From the NCBI GenBank assembly GCA_027622665.1, contig JAQBYT010000031.1:1-50931 (forward strand): a stretch of 50,931 nt of DNA. The letters run 5' to 3'. Source of the DNA: Verrucomicrobiota bacterium (GTDB lineage Bacteria > Verrucomicrobiota > Verrucomicrobiia > Opitutales > Seribacteraceae). The notes under the pieces were generated by a model. It had not been told where the DNA came from and ran no database searches. It worked only from the letters and a program-made list of their open reading frames with translations. Positions 17,969-28,511 of the stretch are shown here, in pieces; the stretch's first letter is position 1; each line of letters opens with the position of its first letter. Position numbers and translations under genes: made by a program.

Positions 17969-18646
17969 TTATTCCATTTCCTTTCGCAGCGCAGACTTCT
18001 TGTATTCGGGAGCATGCCGGACATCACGACTGGTAGCGATGAACACAACCTCCTTGGATACGTTGACCGCATGGTCGCAAACCCTCTCGAGCGACTTTGA
18101 TATAAATAGCGTCTCAAACACAGAAGAGGCTTGGGTCGGATCCTTTTCGACCAAGGTTTGGCAAAACCGGTTGTTTTCCTGGTGCAATTGGTCTACTTCC
18201 AAATCCAACTTCCAGATGTCCTTTGCCTTCTCTTCGTCGAATTCTACGAAAACGGAAAGGGCGTCTTTGAGCATCTCTTGGGCGATTTTCGCCATTTTGG
18301 GGATTTCGTGAAAATCATGCGAGGTTGTCTTTCGTGATCTTCGGGCGATGGCCTTGGACTCGTCTCCGATGCGTTCGATCTCATGGCTTATCTTCATGGT
18401 GGCCACAAGAAACCTCAGATCTGCCGCTACGGGTGCGTGGGTCGATAGATAAGAAGTGATGGCAACGCTGAGTTCGTTCTCGAGTTCGTCGATTTCCCGA
18501 TCCTTTTCTCGAATGGACTTAGCTAGCACTGAGTCACACTCCATCAACGCTTGAATCGATAGCTTCAGCGACTCATTCGCCATTTGCCCCATAAGAAGGA
18601 GTTTGGATTTTATCGTTTCTAAATTGTGTTCGAAGTAGGTTGTCAT
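17969..18646 (-). CDS. phoU: Phosphate signalling complex protein PhoU
   Basis: DREIDELE, PVAADLR, EIERIGD, DLEVD, SLERVCDHAVN; follows pstB. ATG 18646 preferred to TTG 18691. Confidence 0.96.
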   Translation of the reverse strand: MTTYFEHNLETIKSKLLLMGQMANESLKLSIQALMECDSVLAKSIREKDREIDELENELSVAITSYLSTHAPVAADLRFLVATMKISHEIERIGDESKAIARRSRKTTSHDFHEIPKMAKIAQEMLKDALSVFVEFDEEKAKDIWKLDLEVDQLHQENNRFCQTLVEKDPTQASSVFETLFISKSLERVCDHAVNVSKEVVFIATSRDVRHAPEYKKSALRKEME

Positions 18647-18687
18647 GAGTGATGAGTTTAACGCTTTGGGTTCAAAGTAATTTGTGG

Positions 18688-19506
18688 TCAACCGAATTTG
18701 CCCGATATATAATCCTCGGTTTCTTTTTTACTAGGATTGAGAAAGATTTTTTTCGTGAGATCGCATTCGATCAATTTACCTAGGTAAAAGAAAGCCGTCC
18801 TGTCGGATACTCTTCCGGCCTGCTGCATGTTGTGCGTTACGACGACGATGGTGTATTCGGCCTTCAGCCCGAAAATGAGTTCTTCCACACGCCCTGTAGC
18901 TACGGGGTCCAAGGCGGAGCAAGGCTCGTCCATAAGGATTATTTCCGGTTCCACGGCAAGGGTTCGGGCGATACACAGACGTTGTTGCTGACCACCGGAC
19001 AAACCATAGGCATTTTCATTCAACCTGTCTTTGACCTCTTCCCAGAGAGCGGCTTTCCTTAAGGATTTCTCTACCTTTTCATCAATGATTTTTTTGGATT
19101 TCAATCCTTGTATCTGAAGCCCATAGGCCACGTTTTGGTAGATTGACTTGGGGAAAGGGTTCGATTTTTGGAAGACCATCCCAACTTTCTTTCGAAGCTC
19201 GATCACATCCACGGACTGATCTTGCAAGTCCGTCCCGTGAATCTCGATGGAGCCCTTGCCTATTTTCGCTCCTTCCACCAGATCGTTCATCCGGTTGAAG
19301 CAGCGCAGAAGGGTGCTCTTTCCGCATCCGGAGGGGCCGATGAATGCCATGACCTCATTGGGGAAGATGTCAAGAGACACATCGTGCAGGACCTGGTTCT
19401 CACCATAGAGAAAATCGAGGTTACGGATGCTTATGGTGGCGTTCTTTGGCTCAGGTTCAGTTGCTCCTTCGCGTTCAGGCGCTTTTTGATCATTTACACT
19501 TTGCAT
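18688..19506 (-). CDS. pstB: Phosphate ABC transporter ATP-binding protein PstB
   Basis: [59 protein letters not shown]. Confidence 0.99.
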   Translation of the reverse strand: MQSVNDQKAPEREGATEPEPKNATISIRNLDFLYGENQVLHDVSLDIFPNEVMAFIGPSGCGKSTLLRCFNRMNDLVEGAKIGKGSIEIHGTDLQDQSVDVIELRKKVGMVFQKSNPFPKSIYQNVAYGLQIQGLKSKKIIDEKVEKSLRKAALWEEVKDRLNENAYGLSGGQQQRLCIARTLAVEPEIILMDEPCSALDPVATGRVEELIFGLKAEYTIVVVTHNMQQAGRVSDRTAFFYLGKLIECDLTKKIFLNPSKKETEDYISGKFG

Positions 19507-19520
19507 TGTCAGGAAATAGG

Positions 19521-21200
19521 TTACCAGTGATATTTTTTTCGAAGGCGATTGCGAAGAACGATGGAAAGACTTGCAATACCCAGGACAAGCACGAGAAAGA
19601 CGAAGGCCGTTCCGTATTGCATATCTTGCGTATATTCATTTTGGGGGATTTTGGCGCTTACGACGTAGATGTGGTAAGGAAGAGCCATCACTCCTTGGAA
19701 AAAGAAATCCGTCCAGTGTTCCAAGCCTTCCCAAGGGAGTTCGGAGCGTTTGGCATAAGCGGCGGTGAACATGATGGGGGCGGTCTCACCGGCTGCTCTC
19801 GCGACCCCAAGGATGGACGAAGTGAGAATGCCAGGCATTGCGTACGGAATGACGCTCGTTCTGATCATCGTCCATTTGGTTGCGCCTAAAGCCAAAGAGC
19901 TTTCCCGAAATCCTTGAGGAATGGAGCGCAAGGCTTCTTCACTAGCGGTTATGACGATAGGCAGGACCATGAACGCGAGAGTGAACCAGCCGGCTAGAAG
20001 CGAAACGTTCCAATCTAGAAAAATTACGAACAAGCCAAATCCGAAAAGTCCGAAGATGATGGAGGGAACTCCTGCCAAATTGAGGATTGCGAGCCTGACC
20101 AAAGACAGGAACTTTCCTGGTTTTCCGTATTCGGCCAAAAAGATGGCGCAAAAGACTCCAAGAACGATAGCGATTAACATGGCTCCCAGAACCAACAGTA
20201 AAGTCCCGATTATTGCGGGGAATATACCGCCTCCCGAATAAGCGTAATCTTTGGAGGGCAAGGTAATTTCCATTGATTGCCGGAACGGAGCAAGACAGGC
20301 CTGCATTTCGTCCCAAGCCTCTTGCCCTCCATTCTTTCCGAGCAAGGATTGGCGAATTGGACCATAGGCTTCGATGGCTTCAGCCAAATTTGCGAATGCC
20401 TTGGGCCCCCCTGTCTTGATGAATGAGGAGTAGTTCGTCTGGATCTCACGCCCAAAATTGGTAGTGGCCTCGGTAAGAAGGGTCGGTAACTCTTCAAGTA
20501 AATCCAAATACGCGCTCTCTATCTTTGGGATCGACGCCTCGGTCGGGTTTTCGATCAAAGGGTATTGCCGGGCTCGAAAATTTCTAATCTCTCCTTCGAC
20601 CTCTGCAAGACGACCGCTCTCTCTCTCCAAATGTCCGAGAATGAATTGACTGATTGTTTCCGGTACTTTTTCTATTTCCAATTCGAAATCGGAGGCGGTG
20701 GTCTGTGGATCCGTTGCTAGTTCTTTCCAAAAACTAAATTTTCCGAGCGAACTTTCCCTTTCCCTGGCAATGAATTCGACCTTGGCCTTTTGGAGTCCAT
20801 CCTCCGTCCATTCTTTCCGAATCGCTTTGATCCCGAGATTGAGTCGCTCGAGAGCCGCGTCATAGTCCGGGCCTTGTTTGAAAGCATTCCATTTTTGGAG
20901 CATCTTCTCGTCCTTGAGCTTATAGTATTTTTTCGAGCTCAATTTGATCTCTGTTTCTCCGTCTTTTGTGACATGGAGAGTTTGGGGATCCTCCGTCAGG
21001 AATTCCCAGTTGATCAACCCATCGCCTTCGAAGATTTTCGTCGAGCCTTTGGACAAGATATCCCAGAAGAGAAAGGCGGCGCAAAAAAGAACGAAGAAAG
21101 TCATGCTCCGGAGAATCCCGAACATGATGGTTTCCTGAATCCGTTCATGTGAAAATCTCCTGACAAAAGGGTTTTTCTTATCTTGATCGTTCGGTTTCAT
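19521..21200 (-). CDS. pstA: Phosphate ABC transporter permease PstA with large soluble insertion
   Basis: [44 protein letters not shown]; about 250 hydrophilic residues between TM1 and the core. Confidence 0.96.
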   Translation of the reverse strand: MKPNDQDKKNPFVRRFSHERIQETIMFGILRSMTFFVLFCAAFLFWDILSKGSTKIFEGDGLINWEFLTEDPQTLHVTKDGETEIKLSSKKYYKLKDEKMLQKWNAFKQGPDYDAALERLNLGIKAIRKEWTEDGLQKAKVEFIARERESSLGKFSFWKELATDPQTTASDFELEIEKVPETISQFILGHLERESGRLAEVEGEIRNFRARQYPLIENPTEASIPKIESAYLDLLEELPTLLTEATTNFGREIQTNYSSFIKTGGPKAFANLAEAIEAYGPIRQSLLGKNGGQEAWDEMQACLAPFRQSMEITLPSKDYAYSGGGIFPAIIGTLLLVLGAMLIAIVLGVFCAIFLAEYGKPGKFLSLVRLAILNLAGVPSIIFGLFGFGLFVIFLDWNVSLLAGWFTLAFMVLPIVITASEEALRSIPQGFRESSLALGATKWTMIRTSVIPYAMPGILTSSILGVARAAGETAPIMFTAAYAKRSELPWEGLEHWTDFFFQGVMALPYHIYVVSAKIPQNEYTQDMQYGTAFVFLVLVLGIASLSIVLRNRLRKKYHW

Positions 21201-21204
21201 TAGC

Positions 21205-22863
21205 TCAGTAACTGTTCTTGTACCTGTTGGCGATCGTTTGAGAGAGGAAGTTGACCAGTAGAGAGATCAGAAAGAGGGTTATTCCCACCATGAAGAGAGC
21301 CCGGTAGTGGATGCTGCCGAATTCCACTTCACCCATCTCCTGCGCTATTATGCCTGTCATCGTATGCACCGGTTGAGCGAATACTCCAAACCCCGAAGTG
21401 AAGTCTGGAATTGCAATACGGTTGCCGGCGCATAGCAGAACAACCATGGTTTCACCAATCACTCTTCCAAAACCAAGAAGTACCGCTGAGATTATGCCGG
21501 TAATCGCAGAGGGAAAGATCACCTTGGCGCAGGTTTGCCATCGGGTTGCGCCAAGGGAGAGGGAGGCATCACGGAGAACTCTGGGCACGTTATTGAGAGA
21601 GTCCTCGGCCAAGGTGAAAATAGTTGGCACCGTCATCAAGGCCAAAAGAAAGCCTGCGGTTAATGAATTCAAGCGCTCGTCAGTGATGAAACTGACCATT
21701 CCGCCTAGAACAGCGATCCCGAAGAATCCGATCAAGACGGATGGAATGGCAGATATGAACTCAATGCATGGTTTGATAATGGATTGTTCACGAGTCGTCG
21801 CGATTTGATTGATGTAGATCGCCGATCCAACCCCAAAGGGAATGGCCAAGGCCAAGGCGATCAGGCTGACGAGCAATGATCCTGAAAGGAGTGGCAACAC
21901 TCCAAACCAATCCTGTCGGGCGCTGTTGGTCACCCAATCCTTGCCGAGAAGAAAACCGGTCAGAGCACGATGGAGCGGGTAAGGCGTAAGGGGATCCCAC
22001 TGGGTGAGTCTCTCTTTGTAGGTTGGCACCTTGCTGAGGTATTCCTTGAGGGCTTCTTGCGCTTGAGCAAGTGACTTCTCCGATTCGGGAAGGAGAAAAT
22101 TCGGTTTGAAACCGGAGAAAATTTCAGAGAACTGCTTTTCCTGAGCAATCAGGGTCTCGGCATATTCGACTGTTGCCGATTTTCGAATACGATCGGTCAG
22201 GTCGTTTATTTTCCCTTTCTCAGTTGTGCCCATTTCGTCCCCTGCCTTCGGGTTGATCCGCTTGGCCAAATCCTCTCTTTCGTGCCTGATGAAGTAGTTT
22301 CTCCAACGGGCTAACTCTCTATGGGTAAAGGAATTCCTCTCTTTCAATTCTCCGATCGTTTCCGGGAAATCCTCGGCTGGCAGTTTTTGTTCAATGGCTT
22401 CCGATTTGACTTCGATTAGATCGTTCTGGGTAATGAGGAACAATTTGGTCTCGGCGGCCCATTTGACTACGTCTTTCTCATAGGTCAGCAGCAGTTCCTT
22501 GGAGTCTTGAAAACTACGGGTCAGGGCAAGCAGGTCTTGCCTTCCTTGTTCACCTTTTTCTCTATTCGGACCGTTTGAGGGGAGTGATTCAAAGTGTTCA
22601 ACTTCCTTGGACAGTATGTTTTCGAGGTAGCGGTAAAGAGTGGTTTGTTCATTATGTTGAGTAGAGACTACCTTGGCGTATTCCATGCCCGATCCTCTGT
22701 ATCTTTCAAGTTCGTGGCGGTATTGGCCGAAGAACTCGATTCCTTCCTTGAAAAGAAAGATCGTGATCAATCCCAGAATGATGATAGAGGTCAGCGCATT
22801 ACTGGCAAAAAAGGCCTTTATCAGCTTATCTTTCTTGAAAGTCGATTTCATCTTTTCGTCCAT
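21205..22863 (-). CDS. pstC: Phosphate ABC transporter permease PstC with large soluble insertion
   Basis: [43 protein letters not shown]; about 260 hydrophilic residues after TM1. Confidence 0.96.
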   Translation of the reverse strand: MDEKMKSTFKKDKLIKAFFASNALTSIIILGLITIFLFKEGIEFFGQYRHELERYRGSGMEYAKVVSTQHNEQTTLYRYLENILSKEVEHFESLPSNGPNREKGEQGRQDLLALTRSFQDSKELLLTYEKDVVKWAAETKLFLITQNDLIEVKSEAIEQKLPAEDFPETIGELKERNSFTHRELARWRNYFIRHEREDLAKRINPKAGDEMGTTEKGKINDLTDRIRKSATVEYAETLIAQEKQFSEIFSGFKPNFLLPESEKSLAQAQEALKEYLSKVPTYKERLTQWDPLTPYPLHRALTGFLLGKDWVTNSARQDWFGVLPLLSGSLLVSLIALALAIPFGVGSAIYINQIATTREQSIIKPCIEFISAIPSVLIGFFGIAVLGGMVSFITDERLNSLTAGFLLALMTVPTIFTLAEDSLNNVPRVLRDASLSLGATRWQTCAKVIFPSAITGIISAVLLGFGRVIGETMVVLLCAGNRIAIPDFTSGFGVFAQPVHTMTGIIAQEMGEVEFGSIHYRALFMVGITLFLISLLVNFLSQTIANRYKNSY

Positions 22864-22960
22864 TTGGGACTAGCGAAAAAAACCTAGATTAAGAGATAAG
22901 CTTATCACTCGAAAGTTCCGATAGATAGTTAACAAAACAGAAGCCATAGAAAGAATTTCG

Positions 22961-23015
22961 ACTATATATCAAAGGGATTGTTTTTATGTGACGGGTTTGC
23001 GCCAATTATGTAACA
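22961..23015 (-). promoter_or_regulatory. Pho-box-like array and -10 element upstream of pstC
   Basis: Minus strand TGTTACA-TAAT-TGGCGCA-AACC-CGTCACA, with half-sites at 23009-15, 22998-23004 and 22987-93 (exact 11-bp period), then TATAGT at 22961-22966. Confidence 0.7.
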
Positions 23016-23041
23016 AAGTCTGTTTTTGCCCTTTCGAGTCG

Positions 23042-24325
23042 CTAGGAGGAAAACCTGGGTATTGTTAACCGGAAAGTGGATCCTTGACCTAGTTTGCTCC
23101 TTGCTTCCACTTGTCCGTCGTGTGCCTCCACGATGTGCTTGACAATACTCAACCCAAGTCCGGTGCCCCCTTTCTCTCTGGAACGCCCCTTGTCTACCAC
23201 GTAGAAGCGCTCGAAAATCCTATCCAAATCTTCCGGAGGAATGCCATTTCCATCATCACTGACCGTACAACTAATGAAGTTTCCGTCATTCGAGATTTCG
23301 GTGCTCACCAGGATTTCGGTGAAATCTCCTGCATATTTGAATGCATTGTCGACAAGATTACCAATGGCCAAGGAGAGTTTAATTGCGTCAAATGGAAAAC
23401 TTTCCTTTTCTTCGGCAAGGGAAAGTCTGAGCTTATCCGTATTGACGTAAGGTTTTTCATCGAGATACAGGTGAATGCTACGAATGACGTCGCATAACTT
23501 GTTGTTTGTCGGATTGACCGGAGCATCGCTGCCTTCCAATTCGGACAAACTCAACAAGTCATCCACCAGTGCCTGAAGGCGGATCGAATTTCTAACAATT
23601 TTCATCAGAAAAGACATTTGCTGGGCTTCAGGAAGCGAGGAGTCATCCACCAAGGTTTCTGCAAATCCCCTGATCATGGTAGTCGGAGTGCGAAGCTCGT
23701 GGGATGCGTTGGCAACGAAATCCTTGCGCATGAGCTCGGCCCGTTTGATTTCCGTAACGTCGCGGAAAAGCAAAAGAAAGACGTCGTTGTCATCGGGGCG
23801 GATTGCCGAAAGCATGCCCGTGGTAACTTCGAAAACCTTCGATGAGCCATTCACCTGAAATGCAAATTCCGTTTTCTCAGACCTTTCCCCGCTTTTCAAA
23901 CGGTCTAAGGTCTCCAATACGTCGATTGATTCGACGAATGCTTCAAGGCGTCTCCCAATCATTGAATGACCTCGGGCAAAATTTTCATTCGCAGTGACGT
24001 TGGCGAAGGTTACGACATGATCTTGATCGAGGATCAATGCTCCGTCGAGCATCCCGCCGAGAATTTCATTGAAGTTGTGGCTGCGATGAGTGCGTTCTTC
24101 TTCAAGTTGGGAAATTCTTTTGGCATTCTGATCTAGAGCCCTCTGGCAAAGGGTGATGGGAAAGGCTTTGTTAAGCAAAGGCGGTCTCTCAATAATCAAA
24201 GAACTCCCACTTTTTATGGAGTCAATGATTTCCAACAGGATTTGCTTTGAGTGCCGATATTGCAGACAAAGGTAACAGGCAAGAATGCCTAATAGGAAAG
24301 TCGCTGTCAGGAGCATGGTTGGCAT
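23042..24325 (-). CDS. phoR: Phosphate regulon sensor histidine kinase PhoR
   Basis: N-terminal TM; PAS-like region; DFVANASHELRTP; NLVDNAFKY; FERFYVVDKGRSREKGGTGLGLSIVKH. Confidence 0.95.
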   Translation of the reverse strand: MPTMLLTATFLLGILACYLCLQYRHSKQILLEIIDSIKSGSSLIIERPPLLNKAFPITLCQRALDQNAKRISQLEEERTHRSHNFNEILGGMLDGALILDQDHVVTFANVTANENFARGHSMIGRRLEAFVESIDVLETLDRLKSGERSEKTEFAFQVNGSSKVFEVTTGMLSAIRPDDNDVFLLLFRDVTEIKRAELMRKDFVANASHELRTPTTMIRGFAETLVDDSSLPEAQQMSFLMKIVRNSIRLQALVDDLLSLSELEGSDAPVNPTNNKLCDVIRSIHLYLDEKPYVNTDKLRLSLAEEKESFPFDAIKLSLAIGNLVDNAFKYAGDFTEILVSTEISNDGNFISCTVSDDGNGIPPEDLDRIFERFYVVDKGRSREKGGTGLGLSIVKHIVEAHDGQVEARSKLGQGSTFRLTIPRFSS

Positions 24326-24338
24326 TGCGTTGCCAAGC

Positions 24339-25058
24339 TCAGTCGATTGACAACTTGTAGCCTACACCCCGAACCGTCTTGATCATTTCTCCCTTGCTAC
24401 CCATTTTGCCGCGCAATCTGCCGACGTGGTTGTCTACGGTTCGGGTTTCAATGTCCGTATCATAGTTCCAAACGTTAACGAGCAAGTTTTCGCGACTTTG
24501 GACCCGACCCACTCGCTCCATCATCAAGTGCAGCAATCGAAACTCGGTATGCGTGAGTTCTACCCGCTCGTCCTCTATGAAGACCTCGTGGGTTTCGGGA
24601 TCAAGAACAATTCCGTCAGCCTTGAGTCTTCCGGCCATAATGCTTTTCTTTTCCAAAGTTCGGGACAGGATCACTTTGGACCGGGCAACCAATTCGCGGT
24701 TGTCGAAAGGCTTGGTCAGGTAGTCGTCGGCGCCCCGTTCGAACCCCTTGACCCGCTCATCTGCATCACTACGGGCAGTAAGGAATAGAATCGGGACTTT
24801 TTTGAGCTGTGAGTCGACCTTCAGCATGCTGCAAAGTCGTAAGCCATCGAGCTCGGGCATCATAACGTCCAGTATGATCAAGTCGGGATCGAAGTCACGT
24901 GCGTGACCTATCGCTTCAAGGGGGTTGGATAACGTACTTGTTCGGAATCCCTCCTTTTGGAGTTGGAATTCAATCAACTCACAGAGATCGGGCTCGTCAT
25001 CAATGATGAGAATCGAGTGCCCTGATGAATTGAAAGTAATATAATCGTTATCGTTCAT
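24339..25058 (-). CDS. phoB: Phosphate regulon response regulator PhoB (OmpR/PhoB family)
   Basis: ILIIDDE, LDVMMP, GADDYLTKPF, LTHTEFRLL, RTVDNHVGRLR, TVRGVGY; lies between pstS and phoR. ATG 25058. Confidence 0.93.
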   Translation of the reverse strand: MNDNDYITFNSSGHSILIIDDEPDLCELIEFQLQKEGFRTSTLSNPLEAIGHARDFDPDLIILDVMMPELDGLRLCSMLKVDSQLKKVPILFLTARSDADERVKGFERGADDYLTKPFDNRELVARSKVILSRTLEKKSIMAGRLKADGIVLDPETHEVFIEDERVELTHTEFRLLHLMMERVGRVQSRENLLVNVWNYDTDIETRTVDNHVGRLRGKMGSKGEMIKTVRGVGYKLSID

Positions 25059-25080
25059 TGAAGTGGATCGCGCTATGCCT

Positions 25081-25111
25081 TGTGACCTTACATTACACGA
25101 TGAACGTAACA
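25081..25111 (-). promoter_or_regulatory. Possible degenerate Pho box upstream of phoB
   Basis: Minus-strand half-sites TGTTACG, TGTAATG and GGTCACA, but spaced 14 and 10 bp rather than 11. Confidence 0.3.
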
Positions 25112-25375
25112 ATTCTGCGCCGAATAACGAAAATTTACGTTACTTTCCTTTTCTCTTAGTACGCCTTGGTTGCTTCCGTCTTCTCCTGTTTCTGAAACGA
25201 TTCTTTCAGTATGATTGTTGCAAGTTTTCTACCTGAAAAGTGGGAGAAATAAAAAAAACCTTGTAAGAATCAAGAAAGCGTTTCATCGAAGCGTTAGTTT
25301 ATAATTGGTCTTATGAACGGGCTGCAGGCGTTTCGACTGCAGCTTTTTTTCTTTGTCGGGTCCGGGGCGCAAACT

Positions 25376-25406
25376 AAAAAAGGCCACCTGAAAGGCGGCC
25401 TTTTTT
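25376..25406 (-). terminator. Intrinsic terminator after pstS (bidirectional shape)
   Basis: Minus strand AAAAAA-GGCCGCCT-TTC-AGGTGGCC-TTTTTT, 22 nt after the pstS stop. Confidence 0.88.
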
Positions 25407-25428
25407 ATTGGATTTAAAGAAAACCTCT

Positions 25429-26247
25429 CTAGTTCACAGGTACGAATCCAGTGCTGCCTACGATTTTTTGTCCTTCCGGGGTAAGAGAAAAATCGAGAAA
25501 CTTTTTTGCCATTCCTGAAGGTTTTCCATTGGTAAAACAATTTAGACCACGAGCCAATTTGTAGGTGCCGTTATTAGCGGTTTTAGCGGAAGGCATCACC
25601 TTGTCGATGGAGACAATCTTGATCCCCTCTGCTCCAACATAAGCTAAACCAACGTATCCTATGCCATTTGGGTTCTTGGAAACTTCGGTCGCAATTTGCT
25701 CGTTTCCAGCCATCTTTTGCGTGGATGATCCGTAGTCCCTTCCGGCCATGGCGAACTTTTGGAAAAATGCATAGGTTCCTGACGAAGTGTTTCGTGTGTA
25801 GGCCGATATTTTTCCACTGTTCCCTCCTACGGCACTCCAGTTCGTAATGTCACCGGCGAAGATTCGTTCGACGTCCTTGAGCGAGAGATCGGTTATGGGG
25901 TTATTTTCATTGGCTATTATCGCAACCGCGTCGTTTGCAATCACGGTCTTCACCAAGCGTACCCCGTTAGCTCCGGCAGAGGCCTTCTCTTTTCCTTTCA
26001 ACTCCCTACTGGACATTCCGATGTGAGCGGTGCCGTCAATAATTGCGGCGATGCCGGTGGATGACCCTTCCGCCGCAATTTCAAACTTGGAGCCGGGGTT
26101 CTTGTTTTCATAAGCCTCGGAAATTTTTGGAATCATTTTCGCACCAAGGGTATCGGAACCTTTGATCACGAGCTTGTCTTGGGCAAATGATGACAATGCT
26201 ATGCTAATAGCAACTATTCCAACTGTAAGTTTCTTTAAATTTTTCAT
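25429..26247 (-). CDS. pstS: Phosphate ABC transporter substrate-binding protein PstS
   Basis: Signal peptide; IKGSDT; EGSSTGI; IGMSSR; RNTSSGTY; GIGYVG. Confidence 0.96.
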   Translation of the reverse strand: MKNLKKLTVGIVAISIALSSFAQDKLVIKGSDTLGAKMIPKISEAYENKNPGSKFEIAAEGSSTGIAAIIDGTAHIGMSSRELKGKEKASAGANGVRLVKTVIANDAVAIIANENNPITDLSLKDVERIFAGDITNWSAVGGNSGKISAYTRNTSSGTYAFFQKFAMAGRDYGSSTQKMAGNEQIATEVSKNPNGIGYVGLAYVGAEGIKIVSIDKVMPSAKTANNGTYKLARGLNCFTNGKPSGMAKKFLDFSLTPEGQKIVGSTGFVPVN

Positions 26248-26290
26248 TTTGATAGATTTATAATTTTTAGTTTACGATAGAAATTTATTC

Positions 26291-27415
26291 TTAGAAAAGA
26301 ATCTGCACCCTTGCACGAAATCCACCTGCATCTGCAGAAGTAGCACCCTCATTCAACTCGTTCATTTCATAACCGACCATTAATTTTGCATCATGACCGT
26401 CGAAAAGGTAATTAACGCCAAAATAATGTTGATTAAGCTCGTCCACAGTTGAATTAACAATATTAGCTCTACGAACAATTTCCTTAGCACTCACTCGACC
26501 GGTTCCAGTTGGTGTACCTTCAACTGTTGAATATCGATACAAAAATTCCCATGAACCAACAGGCGCATTAGATAATGCGTAAGAAATTTGAGCTGAATAA
26601 CCTTCATGCTCCTCATCTCCAGCTGTAATGTCAGCTGTACCTTTCATATATTCAACATCAAGGTTAATCGGACCAGAACCAATACTGCCATATAAGTTGT
26701 AAGCAGTTAAGTCATTTGCTTCTGTCTCATCTGTTTCCATGAGACCTGCAGCAATTCCAAATGAATGCCTTAAGTCGCTTTCATAATTAGAGTATGCAAG
26801 ACGGCCATAGTATGAGAGCTCGTTATTATTATATCCATAAAGCCCGTCTTTAAGTCCGCTATCTTTGGAGTTATGATTTTGACCAGAATTTACAACTGCA
26901 AGATTATAGGAGAATCCACCATCTAAACTTCCTTTAGCGAAAAGACCAGTGTGACGAGCATTGAACTTAAGAGTCTCAGCAAATTGACGATTTACAGCAG
27001 ATCTTTCAATTACTTTCAATTTTGAAGAAGAAGTGGTTTCTTCCATGCCAAATGGTACCTTGAGCTGACCAATGTCCAAACGAAATGAATCATCAAATTG
27101 ATACCAAGCTGATGCACCCTCAATAAAAACAGTGCTATCTGAATTTGGAGATGCACCAAAATCCATTACAATATCACCTCCCCAATTATCCCCTAGCTTA
27201 GCATGTCCACCAAGAAAGAGTCTTCTAAAATAAAAATGGTTTCTGTCTTCTTTTGAAGAAGAATCATCGGAACCTATTCCATCCCATTGTGCCTGAATTC
27301 TTCCCGAATATTTTAATTCGGTGACTTTTTTGCTCTTAGGTAAAACATCAGCGTGACTTGTCGATGCGAAGCCTAAAGCTAATGCGGTACATATTGTATA
27401 ACTAATTTTTTTCAT
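26291..27415 (-). CDS. Outer-membrane porin, probably phosphate-selective (OprO/OprP-like)
   Basis: Signal peptide; SGRIQ; FYFRRLFLG; GQLKVPFGMEETTSSSKL..IERS; alternating beta-strands; C-terminal Phe; first gene of the pst cluster. Confidence 0.85.
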   Translation of the reverse strand: MKKISYTICTALALGFASTSHADVLPKSKKVTELKYSGRIQAQWDGIGSDDSSSKEDRNHFYFRRLFLGGHAKLGDNWGGDIVMDFGASPNSDSTVFIEGASAWYQFDDSFRLDIGQLKVPFGMEETTSSSKLKVIERSAVNRQFAETLKFNARHTGLFAKGSLDGGFSYNLAVVNSGQNHNSKDSGLKDGLYGYNNNELSYYGRLAYSNYESDLRHSFGIAAGLMETDETEANDLTAYNLYGSIGSGPINLDVEYMKGTADITAGDEEHEGYSAQISYALSNAPVGSWEFLYRYSTVEGTPTGTGRVSAKEIVRRANIVNSTVDELNQHYFGVNYLFDGHDAKLMVGYEMNELNEGATSADAGGFRARVQILF

Positions 27416-27521
27416 ATGATTTGAGGTTTATATTCATTTAATTTCAGTTTTGTTAATTGTGCCCCTAGGTAGGTTCACGATTCTAGGATAGTCACTCGAT
27501 GCACCGTTTCCCCCATCTCTA

Positions 27522-27539
27522 TGTAACTTTTTTGCAACG
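27522..27539 (-). promoter_or_regulatory. Pho-box-like site upstream of the porin
   Basis: Minus strand CGTTGCA-AAAA-AGTTACA: 11-bp period with an A-rich spacer, same half-site type as upstream of pstC. Confidence 0.6.
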
Positions 27540-27583
27540 AATCAGGACAATTCAATTTTACTTCGTTTCAACGAACTTTTATT

Positions 27584-27613
27584 TTGACATTTAGCTAACT
27601 AACTAAATAGAAA
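27584..27613 (+). promoter_or_regulatory. ars promoter with overlapping ArsR-type inverted repeat
   Basis: Perfect -35 TTGACA at 27584-89; inverted repeat ATTTAG-N8-CTAAAT at 27589-27608 in the spacer; start codon follows at 27620, implying a very short leader. Confidence 0.7.
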
Positions 27614-27619
27614 TCAAGT

Positions 27620-27994
27620 GTGGTAGAGCTTGAAAATACTTTTAAAGCACTAGGTGATGGAAATCGCATTCGGATTCTTGCCTCCTTGCTTTCTCGAAAA
27701 GAGCTTTGTGCTTGTCAGATACATGAATGGCTCGGTGTAAGCGGAGCTACTGCATCCAAGCATTTGAATATTCTCATGAGGGTGGGATTCATAAAGAGTC
27801 GCAAAAACGGACGGTGGGTCTTTTACAGTATGAACAGCGACCATCGAAGTTTGCAGACTTTGGTTCGATGGCTGAAAAAGGAAGTTACAACTAGCCTGGA
27901 ATTGCAGAAAGACTTGCAAGGTCTTGAAAAGGTGACGGCGTGTTCGCTAATAGAGCTTCGCAGGAAACAACGTCTCAAAGCGTCAGTTAGTTGA
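27620..27994 (+). CDS. arsR: ArsR/SmtB family repressor
   Basis: FKALGDGNRIRIL; ELCACQI metal-binding motif; SKHLNIL; RKNGRWVFY; upstream of arsC. Confidence 0.93.
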   Translation: MVELENTFKALGDGNRIRILASLLSRKELCACQIHEWLGVSGATASKHLNILMRVGFIKSRKNGRWVFYSMNSDHRSLQTLVRWLKKEVTTSLELQKDLQGLEKVTACSLIELRRKQRLKASVS

Positions 27995-28014
27995 TAAGCA
28001 TTTATGAGAATGTA

Positions 28015-28467
28015 ATGAGTCGGAGAATTAGATTGCTTTTTCTTTGTACCGGAAATTCCTGTCGTAGTCAGATGGCCGAGGGCTGGACCCGTCACCTCAA
28101 GGGAGATGTCATGGAAGCCTACTCGGCGGGGATTGAGACCCACGGGTTGAATCCGCATGCGGTGAAGGCCATGGCCGAGGTCGGCGTGGACATTACTTCT
28201 CAAAGGTCCGAAAACATAAAAGATTTCGCCGATCAAAAATTGGACGTCGTGGTAACCGTTTGCGGGCATGCTCATGAGACCTGCCCGGTTTTTCCGGCCG
28301 ATTGCCGGGTGGTTCACGTCGGATTCGAGGATCCGCCAAAAATGGCCCGGGGATTGGCGGATGCCGGGGCGTCGGAAGAAGATCAGATGAATTGCTACCG
28401 CAAGGTCAGAGATGAAATCAAGGCTTTCGTCGAGACCCTTCCTGGGGTTCTGAAAGAAGGCAGTTGA
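28015..28467 (+). CDS. arsC: Arsenate reductase, thioredoxin-coupled LMW-PTP fold
   Basis: LFLCTGNSCRSQMAEG P-loop; TVCGHAHETCPVFP redox Cys pair; FEDP. ATG 28015. Confidence 0.95.
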   Translation: MSRRIRLLFLCTGNSCRSQMAEGWTRHLKGDVMEAYSAGIETHGLNPHAVKAMAEVGVDITSQRSENIKDFADQKLDVVVTVCGHAHETCPVFPADCRVVHVGFEDPPKMARGLADAGASEEDQMNCYRKVRDEIKAFVETLPGVLKEGS

Positions 28468-28511
28468 AAAGTTGATTCCACAATGAGCCCTGAATTGTTA
28501 TAAAGAATGCT

